In this document: one piece after another, positions 54,370 through 64,000 of the stretch
How the letters are laid out: each line of letters begins with the position of its first letter
How positions within the stretch are numbered: the first letter of the stretch is position 1
Source: Camelus ferus
Taxonomy: Eukaryota
Length of the DNA stretch: 64,000 nucleotides
NCBI RefSeq assembly: GCF_009834535.1
Contig: NC_045697.1
Location: forward strand, 65,226,001-65,290,000
Reading direction: 5' to 3'
Notes under the pieces: generated by a model
Told to the model about the DNA's origin: nothing
Databases searched by the model: none
Seen by the model: the letters and a program-made list of their open reading frames with translations, nothing else
Position numbers and translations under genes: made by a program

Positions 54370-55025
54370 CTCTCTGTGGCCACAGCCTAGCATACAAAGG
54401 GGAAAGGCAAAGTGTAGAGAAAAACACAGAGGTTTCACCTGAAGATACTTGTAAGAAAAATTAAAGATGCTAAACTTTGTGTCTGAAAGAGGTAAGGAAT
54501 TACGATGTTTCATTAGCAGGGAAGTAAAGACCTAGTTTGCCCTCTAGAAGTATTACTCAGGCAGGAAGGGCAGTGTTGGGGTAAATTGGAGGCCATGATA
54601 ACTGGAGCAAAGAGCAATAATCCAGGCCAAACAGATGGGTGTGCTCCCAAGTCCTGGAGGATAGACAAGGGAAGGGTCAGAGTATTTGAGAAAGAAGTAT
54701 TGACACAACATCGTGTTTGATTGGCTGTGGAGGGTGAAATAGAGGGAGGGATTTAGAGTAAGCATAAGATCATGGCTGGGATGAATGGATGTAACAGCTA
54801 TTAATAACTAAAATGGGGAAAACGGAGAAAAAACACTGACAAGGCTGTGCATGTGTGGGTGATGACTTTGATTTAGATCTAATAATTCTGAGAGGCCTTT
54901 AGGGGACACAGGGGGAGATTTGCAGTAGGTTGTTGAATGTATGAACTTAGAACCTAGATGAGAGTTCTGGTCTGGGTAGGTAGGTTTGAAACCCATCAGC
55001 CTATCAGTGGTCATTAAACACTTTG
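54370..55025 (-). mobile_element. LINE-2 fragment
   Basis: gcaataatccaggcc...tgtttgattggctgtggagggtga...aggttgttgaatgtatgaacttagaacctagatgagagttctggtctggg...acccatcagcctat. Confidence 0.65.
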
Positions 55026-56740
55026 CCTTCCTGATTGCTGAGGCTGGATGGAAGGAAAAGGAGCAGTGGTCACCCTACTTACCCATTGTTTCTGTCATAA
55101 TTATCAGCACAAGTAGTTGCCTAATGGAAGTAACACAAGTGAAAAAGATGTGATAGGGTTCCTGAGTCATTTTCAGTCATTTATGTTTCTTAGAATGTTT
55201 TTTATCTGCGTTTGAAGCAAATTCTGGTTCAAATAGAAAGCCTCTTAGGGCTGTCAGTGCCTCTCCTTATTCTGAGACTTACTGAAGTCCTGTGTTCCAT
55301 GGCTATAAAAGAATTCCATACCCAGGGGATAGGGCAAATGCTACATGAGAACAGGGCAAGAAGGAACGATGGATACTTCTATTACATGTATATGTTTTGC
55401 TCAAGCTTGTGGTTTATTGTCCCATCAGTTTTCAAGTTCAGACATAAAATTATCACAATTTCAAGATAGCAGTGGAGTGCATTAAACCAAGCGCAGGGCC
55501 TTTCTGGGTGTGGGGCACATGAGACTGCCTAGGTTGTATGCCCATGAAGCCGTCCCTGTGTATTATGTTTTGTCATATGGCTTCATCTTGTAACACAATA
55601 CCTCAACTTGAAGGTTGTTTGGCTGATCAGTGTTCACCATTCAGGCAGATGGCAATAATTATAAAGATACATGGTTATGACAGTGTGGGGAAAATGTCAC
55701 CCCTCCTTCTTGTCTCTTCAGTTGTATCCTTAGTGTTATCTTTGGCTATAGAAAAGCTATATGTTAGCAATAAATATAGTCATCCTCTTCTACACATCTT
55801 TATCACCCACCAAGCATTTTCTTAAACATGGCATGGAAGGACACCAGTTTTGCTTTGATTTTGTTTTTTCAGCTTTGATTCACCTTTGGTGATCATGTTT
55901 CTTCTGTGGGCTTTTCTGCCACTAGAGGGAAAAATTTGTGTTCAGCTGCAACTCATTATGCAGGGGCCAGGGAGAGAAAGAAAATAATGTATGTTTGTAT
56001 AGGGAGAAGAAGAAATGAATGCTCCTTCATGAGAAGTTTCATCATTTTAGATTTATCCTTGATATGTGCATTTTTATATAGGAAACTTTTTTTTTCAATA
56101 GATGAAGCTTCCAGCAGTCCCATTATCTAAATCTGTATTTGCTTCTGTCATTGTCACATAATAATTTTTCATTTACTGAGTTGCTGAGGAAAGAAAAAGG
56201 AGAAGGTTGCATCAGTTTATTAGGGCCAGTTGCATATGTGGCTTTTATAAATCTTTCAGAATTTCTACTCTACTATCTTACCTTGCAGAAAAGATGTTTG
56301 CATATCTAAGTCATATTTACATTTTTTATAATTCTAAACTTATATTACCTTCTTAAATAAACATTTAGGAATATAACCATCTACCATTTAGCAGCTCTGG
56401 AGTTATCATTTGGCAAAGCAAATATTTGTCCCCCAACCATCTTTGGCAGAACGTAGGGATATAGGTAGTTTGTTTTATGAAGTGTTAAAAATGTCTTACT
56501 CTGTGTCTTAGACTAGACATAAATTTTGTATAAACTGAATGAAGATGTTTAAACACACAGATTTGCCAACCTACAGATGACTTGAAAAGATTGTGCTATG
56601 ATGACTTAAAATCAAGAAATGAATATGAGCAGTTTGTAAACTATCAATACAGAAGTGGTGAATGAGAGTGAAATATATGTCTTTGAAAAATATCCTTAGG
56701 TATTTTTTTTATTCCCTAATGAGACATAAATATATTCTTT

Positions 56741-56784
56741 TTTTAAAACTTTTTATTGATTTATAATCATTTTACCGTGTGTCA
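56741..56784 (-). mobile_element. Extremely 5'-truncated (44 bp) camelid-type L1 3' terminus with 17-bp TSD
   Basis: ttttaaaactttttattgatttataatcattttaccgtgtgtca is flanked by acataaatatattcttt (56724-56740) and acataaagacattcttt (56785-56801). Confidence 0.7.
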
Positions 56785-59700
56785 ACATAAAGACATTCTT
56801 TAATTCTGCAACTCTTTTTTGTTTCATTTTATATATTAACTATTTGTTGTAATTACTATAAATATAGATGAGCATACACACACTCTCACACAATTTTTTA
56901 CTGACTTCCTGGAACCCTTGAATTAAAGCAGAAGTGAGTACTCCAAATGATAATTTCAGATTTCTTTCATTCTAAAACTTTTTCAGTAGAATATTTTTCC
57001 CTGAAATTGTAATACATTTTACATACTTGTATGTATTTAAGATAGTATATTTTCTTGAAAAGGTTTTATTAAATTGATGATGTGTTTTACAAGCAATGGT
57101 TTCTTAAATTGAGGGACTGCAATAATAGCTAAGACCTAAAAATGAATTTACATGATCCAGGCATTGTGTGTTATATGCTTTTCAGAAATTTTCTCATTTG
57201 ATTTTCAGATATTATGAGGCAAGACTTATTTTTATCACCCTTTCCATTATGAGAAAACTGAGGCTTATAGGGCTGCCTAGGATAATGGTGCTATTAACTT
57301 GAGCTTCGGCGTCATTCCAGACTGATTTAAAATGTTACATTCAAAAACCACTCTCCTGTTTTGCTTTGGACAAAGATCAATTGAGTGTTATTCACTCCTG
57401 AAAGATTTGTGCTATATAATTACTTGGCCACAATATTTTAAGGATACCATTTGTGTGTGTGTATTTCCCTGCTAGTGGCTGCATCTAAGTCCACATCTAA
57501 GTAAAATCACTCTTTGCAGTTGCTTGGTGTCCACCTATAAAGTATAAAAGAATGAAATGGCTTGAGGAGATGGATAATTGCACTTGGACTGGTCAAATTA
57601 CTGAAGAATCGATAAGGCTGTTTCTATAAGACTATTGACGGGGAGGCTAATCTGAGCCCATAACTTTACTTCTTGCCAATGTTTCAAGAAATATTAGATG
57701 CAGGATTATCTGCAGAACCTAAGGATCCTTGTAGCGCGGACTGAAAGTAACACAGGATTATTCTATTACAGTTGATTGTTTTTGAACACTCTGGTCATTT
57801 TCATTGTATTATAGCTATGAAGCTCCTTCATCATGCCTTTTCTGTCTCTACTGCTTTTGGAAAGGAATTTAGTATGAACAATTTGCCTTCTACTGTGCAC
57901 CTTAATTTACTTATCTATTTTATAGCAAGATGATATAGTCAAAGAAATTCTATTCATATAGAGGAGACTTAGCCACTTTGAGACTTGAAGACTAATTTGC
58001 ATTAAATTTCATAGATTTTATTCTAACTAAAACAGGTATTTGTTTTGTTTTGTTTTCTGTATCTTAATGCACTCCCTAGGGCTTAAGTTCTTAACACAGG
58101 CATCTTTTATTTGGCATTGTCAGTACAAATAACTAGGTGCCACTGATAAAACTAAATTTGTGAATTAACAAAACAATGACATGTGGGAAAAAAATAGAAT
58201 AATTGTACAAAAATAAGTAGAATTAGTTCTATTATTTTAAAATAGTGATTTAAGCAGTGCAGTGAATTGCTATCACCATTTTATTATTAAAAAGTCACAG
58301 AATTGTACAATTTGATATTTGCATTCTCATAGCAGTTAGTCACTACTCAGTTGTTATGTCAGTCAACAGACTGTGTTTGAACTGACTCAGTGTAGAAGGA
58401 GAAGAGACTGGGCATTCTGAATTAAGAAGGTACATAGATCTCTTTGGCACACACTGCCAAAGTCAATTCCTGCCAGACAAATACATGTTCTTGTTCCACC
58501 TGGGAAAACTGTGTGACCACTACTATTCGGGTTAAGTAAGGAAACAGAAATTTTGATACAAGTCATTTTGTTTAATAATTAATATTAATGAGGTTAAAGT
58601 CATTGAATATGTAAGGCAAAATTAAGCTTGAAAAATCCAAAATGGAAAATAAAAAAAGAAAGTGTTTTAGGTTGTCTTAAGTCTTTAAAGAAAAGCTTAC
58701 TTCAAAAGATAAAAAAGAAAAGCTGAGTCTACTGTAATTTTGTTGACCGTTCTGAATCCAATTTCTCTGAATGATGACAATGCTAGAAAATTGTGCTGTC
58801 GGTGGAATTAGTGCTTTATGACCTTCAGCTCCCCCTTTCACCCCTGCACTTTGGTAAAGTATACTCCACCCTCCTCAGGAATCCGCAGCCCTCATAAAGA
58901 TTCCAGAGCACCTGTTTAGAGGGGACCCCATTCTCATGTCTCCAGTTAGGACATTTGTCAGCCCTCTTTAATGGAATAAATATCACGGGCTTATTCTGGA
59001 TCCAGTAGGGGGGTCTCTGCTCTGAGAGAGGCTTCTGTTAATAAACTGCGTGCTCATAAGTTAACATGCATTTGTGTGGGCCACGGGCCAGAGAGAGATC
59101 AGCCTCACCTGGGAACCAACTAGAACTGTACATCCTTGGAGTCCAGCTTGATGTCGTGAACCTGAATCTACAGTTTATCAAGGTCCCCAGGTGATGTCTA
59201 TTCTGTACACATTAAGGGTTGAGAAATGCTGTTGGGCCACACCAAAATAGTAACAATGCCAAACGGCCAAGAAGAAAATCCCGCAGCTGTAAAAACCACC
59301 TCAGTCTAAAGAAAGGATCCATATGCTAGCAGTACCAGGCTCCGTGGCAGGGCAGCCTGTAGGCGAAATATTCTGAGGCAGGTAAGGCTAATGGCTATTT
59401 TAGGAACTGCAGCGTTAGCATATTGAATCGTTTTCATTTTCTTAGTCTTTCTAAAAATTTCTCCTTATTTTACTGGAAAAAGTTCACATGGCAATGCAAA
59501 GGTTAAAAAAAGAGTTTATATATAAGCATTTGGCAATTGAGGGAGGGAGGGATGGAGAGAGAGAGAGAGAACTTTTTTTAAGCGCAGCAGAACTTTTGAC
59601 CTCTTAGAATTCGTATAAGACAGGTATGGCTTTGCCTTTAACTTCTGAGGTTACAGCAGAAACCTAATTTTTCAACCTTTAATCATTACTTTGACCTTTT

Positions 59701-62700
59701 CTGAATTTCTTCACTTTCATCATTGTTGGAGTTTAGAACTGAGTATAGTTCACAGCTTTCTTGGGAAAAACTTTGCCCAAGAAAACTTTGAAAGAAATTT
59801 GGGTTCCTAATTACCACATCTTTTTCATGCTTTATTTTATTTTATTTTATTTTATACTTGTGTCTCAAATAGTTGTTAAAGAATTAGCTGTGCTTGGGAG
59901 TTTATATGTTTAACCACTTATCAGATGATTAGGACTTTTTGGGGGGTAAAACATAGAAGTGAAAAATAATGTGTAAATCATGGTTTTTTTTATGTTACTG
60001 AAACTTGGTTGTCTGTCTCCAACTCCAGTTTACCTTATAGGTTTTATTTCTAAAGCTGTAGTAATAAATTCCTCCTTTTCTGCCATTTTAGCAGGATCAG
60101 TTGTACTTATTGAGGTTAAAAAAAGGTTTAAGTCTTCACCAGTTTCTTCCCTTACTTCCTTCAAGTTTTTCTGATTTATACCTATAGTTATTTGTAATTC
60201 TTTTCTTAAATATGCATAATTTTAATTTTTAAGACATTTCAATTTTTATTTTGTCTATGGCAGCAATTTAATCAGCTTCTAATATGTTTTGGAAGAGTAA
60301 ATCTTCCTAACATTTTTAGGGAAAACTTATAATACTTTAAAGTTTTCTTTGCAACAGGCCTGTTAGTGTTTTTCTCATGATGACTATGTTAGCATCTTCA
60401 TGATAGAAAACAACTAATTTCAGGTAGCCTGCCTATTTTTTGTTGATTTCAAACAATTGATCACTAAATACTCCAGAATGAAAAAAAAAAAAAAAACAGG
60501 CAGACTGATAAAGTTTTATCAGAACTATAAAGTAACCATGAATAAACACTGAATATAAAGGCAGTATTTCATGAAATTTTATTTATTTACATATATTTAT
60601 TTTGGAAGTATTGCTTAGCTAAATCAGTAACAACTTTAGTTCCTTTCTCTTGGTGACATGGAAGCTCCTTTAAAATATAATAAGCATGCCACTTTACCAA
60701 ACAGTAGTTTCTTCAACTTGCTGAAATTTAAATAAGACAGCACGTGCTGGAAGAATAGAAATTCTGTACTTCAGCTTATGAACTCCCTGCTTGTGTTTTC
60801 TTTAAATGGATGTGCGTGTTTGTATGTTTGTTTGTTTGTTTGTTTTTACTTGACTTTATGGTCTTTAAAAAGATTGCTTGTAGACTTAGAAACCCATAAT
60901 TTATCATTATGCAACTCGGCTAATGAATTTATTTTATGGACACATCATCACCTTGTATCACTTTGTCTGTTCCACACAAACCTTGCTTTTAGAATTTCTT
61001 GAAATTCACTGTCTGGAAAAGGCTATGCTAGAAAGAATGATGATCTTACCAATAATTAGAAAGAAGCAAGGATTTGAAAGAAAATATGAGGAGTTCCATC
61101 TTCATCATGGTCAGATAAGAAAGCTGATGGAACATCCAGGAGGCAATATGAGACAGCTCAAGACACAATATTGAGTGCTGGGCAAAGATTAAATGAAGAG
61201 AAAAGAGAAGGGCTAGGATTCATTCACACCAGCCCTCTCAGGGACAAACCTACTATTGCCTTTCTAGAACATAAGACTCTCAGCAACTCTTTTGAAGCCG
61301 ATGCTTTCTGTTTTATAAATTCACTTTAAGATCATCTGGGAAGAATTCTTTCTCTTTCATCAAAAATACCCAATTTTTTAAAAATATATACACTTTGCAA
61401 TGTTATGTTGTAGACAGATAGCTTAGGAATAACATTAACACTTTTCAATCAAGATGTGTAATCTAAATTTGTACGTAGAATATATGTGAATTTATAGGCT
61501 CAACAATGTGATTCCGCTTTCTTTGTTAATTGTTTACATATATTCATCTAAAACATGCTAGAAGCATATTGACCAAAATATCAACAGTGATTATCTCAAT
61601 GTAGTAAGATTTTGAATGCCTTTTTTATTTTCCTCTTTTGCTTTTCTTTACTCCAAAAAATATTTAATAAAGAAAAAATTCAATAGAAGACATTTGGAAA
61701 AAGAAATAAAAGCAATTCAGAATAAATACTTCTCATGATTTTATGTTTTTGATGAGGGGCTACCCATTAAATTTTTGGCCAAAAGAAGTAAAACTATATG
61801 ACATTTTAATAGCCTGAAGAAGGATATCATGCTGACTTCACTAGTAGTAGCTAGCTATTCCTCTGGAGTAACTCTGGAAAATAAATTTGAGCAGAAAGAG
61901 TAGACTGTGCTGTTTGCAGATGTCCCTCTAACGTGTCTGGTACTGGAAATAATGTAAGAGTTGAGATTGAGATGATCAGCAAGGGCGCCCAGAGTGAATG
62001 ATGCCAGTTTACAGATTGAGACCGACATTATGCCATGGAATCAGGAACCCTTCTTGTGTGACTGCCTCCTCCTACCCCTCATCCCATACTGTTCTGTAAT
62101 TACTGAGTTAGCTGTCTTCACCTGTAGACTCTAAATTCATCAAACAGGAGTTTGGGTTTGTTTACTGTACCTGGCATATAGTAGGGCCTCGATGTATTCT
62201 GGCTAAATGAGAGATGCATGAGTGATGAAAAACCAAGCCCAGGACAAGGAAGGTAATTTAGAAAAGAAAATAAATGGAAAAACATTAGACAATATGGATG
62301 GCTCAACAGAAATTATAAACAGGCAGAATAAATAGTTCTTAAGGGCAAGATTTTTGGGCAGAGATAAACCTGGTATGATTCTACTCCCATGAGAGAGGAG
62401 AACAAATCTAACAGGCTGAGATGACTAAGAATTGCAGCACTGAGTAGTGGCATGAGAAAAGTCTCTAAGCTTTATTATAAAACAAATTAAACTCAGAATG
62501 TAACAAGTCTTATTCTTGGGAATAATTTTTTAAATATAGCTGAGATGATCACAAAATATGCAGTTTAAAAAAAAATTAGGAACAAAACTGGAACCTTTAA
62601 AAATGTATGTTTCTCTGATTTTGCCCTCCCTAGATTAGTTTAGAAATAAGGTTAGAGAGAAGTCAGATTTATGATACTCTATGTTGACTTTAATAATGTC

Positions 62701-64000
62701 AAAAGGATTGTAGGGGAGAAAATATTGGTTATCCTTGATTAAGGAATCTAGCTTTGGGAGCAAAGTGAAGAAAAACTGCTTTATTTTTCCCATTAAGTTT
62801 TCAGTTTGAGTTTTAGAAAAACACTTAGACAGAAAAGACTGAGTGACTTTTGTTTCCACTGTCAGAACACAAAGACTTAAATGACAGAGTAAACTGAGGT
62901 AGCTTTGACTGCTGTGCTCTAATTCACATGTACCTCCGATGATGATGTGTTCGGGGAATTAACTTATCTGGAAAGCAGATGTAGAGCTTTTTTCCTAGGG
63001 AGGCAAAATTACACGCGTTTAGAGTATAGGCAGTGCTATCTCACACACCATCATTCAAATCCTTGCTTAGCAGAAGACCTGGACAAGTTTTTTCAACTTC
63101 TCTGAAGGCTGTTTCTTCCTCATGTAATTGTTGGGATGGTTAAATGAAGTAGTTCCCAAAAAGGGCTTCACACAGTGCCTGATACACAGCAAGTACAAAG
63201 AACTATAAGCCATTTTGTTTTAGCTATTTTTAGAATTATCTGTGAAGATACTGGTCATGCAGATCTGCATCAACTGTTAGTCCTAGGGCTTGACCACTTA
63301 TTACAGTCAGAGGAGTCAGGGAGAAAAAGGAGAGGGCCACAGTTAGTAGGTTGTAGTCTTCTATAAATTCTTACTGCAAGGAGAAGGCAAGACCAAGAGC
63401 AGGGGAAGAAGCACTGAATATAGTCAATGAGAAGCTTTTTAAGTAGAGTGAGGGACCACTGAGGTTATAATCAGTGAATCTAAGACCTAGAGGAGAAGAG
63501 ATTCTGGAATCTTCTTCATCATTTACCTCTCCCCACTTTTCTCTTGGGTGTCTTACAGCAGTGAAACTGGGGAAGTGACAAAGAAGGAACTGTTGATGGC
63601 AGAGAAACAGAACTGGGAAATGTGGTGTGCCTGTTAAATGATTTCCAAGAGAACTTGCCTTAAGAGCACAGCTCCAGTGGAAAAGGTGTGAAGCAGATTC
63701 TTGTAGTTTTGTGCAGACCCCTCTCTCTCGGTTTCTGCTCTTTCCTCACAGAGCTGAGACCTACTAACTAATGGTAGTAGCCTAATATGAATGAGTATTC
63801 CACAATTAAATGACCTTCTTTAATTAAAAAATAATGTGTTGATAGGAGGCAGTTGTTAAAACTTGGAAAATTGCTAGATACTCAAAACTGCCTATTAGAA
63901 CCACAAACAGGACGCAGAACCTTAAATACTAAAAATTAGGGGACTATCATTTACATTTCCTCAACCAATATTGCATTGAATGTCTGTACTGTTATAATAC

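Noticed and set aside
55918..55935. CTCF-like GCCACTAGAGGG
   Set aside because: Lacks the downstream CGC/CAG part of the core motif.

Overview
AT-rich mammalian genomic DNA, most likely from a camelid (alpaca, llama or camel), judged from a Vic-1-type tRNA-derived SINE and camelid-type L1 3' ends. The window lies inside the very large gene GRID2 (glutamate receptor delta-2, GluD2) on the + strand. It holds one recognisable coding exon, 12442-12647 (206 nt, AG...GT bounded), encoding [69 protein letters not shown] of the amino-terminal domain (exon 4 in human numbering, from memory). The rest is intron, filled with L1, L2, MIR, MaLR/ERVL/ERV1 solo LTRs, hAT and Tigger DNA transposon fossils and microsatellites. 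Repeat families were assigned by eye from recalled consensus sequences, and their boundaries are approximate unless a TSD is given. I see no convincing previously undescribed biological system. The best leads are modest: a candidate in-frame 18-nt microexon, two candidate poison exons, a long AG-exclusion zone before the exon, a perfect 132-bp tandem duplication, a tandem palindrome, and a Sox-Oct composite motif inside an intact solo LTR. Of the other ORFs in the track, one is a decayed transposase remnant and I judge the rest spurious.
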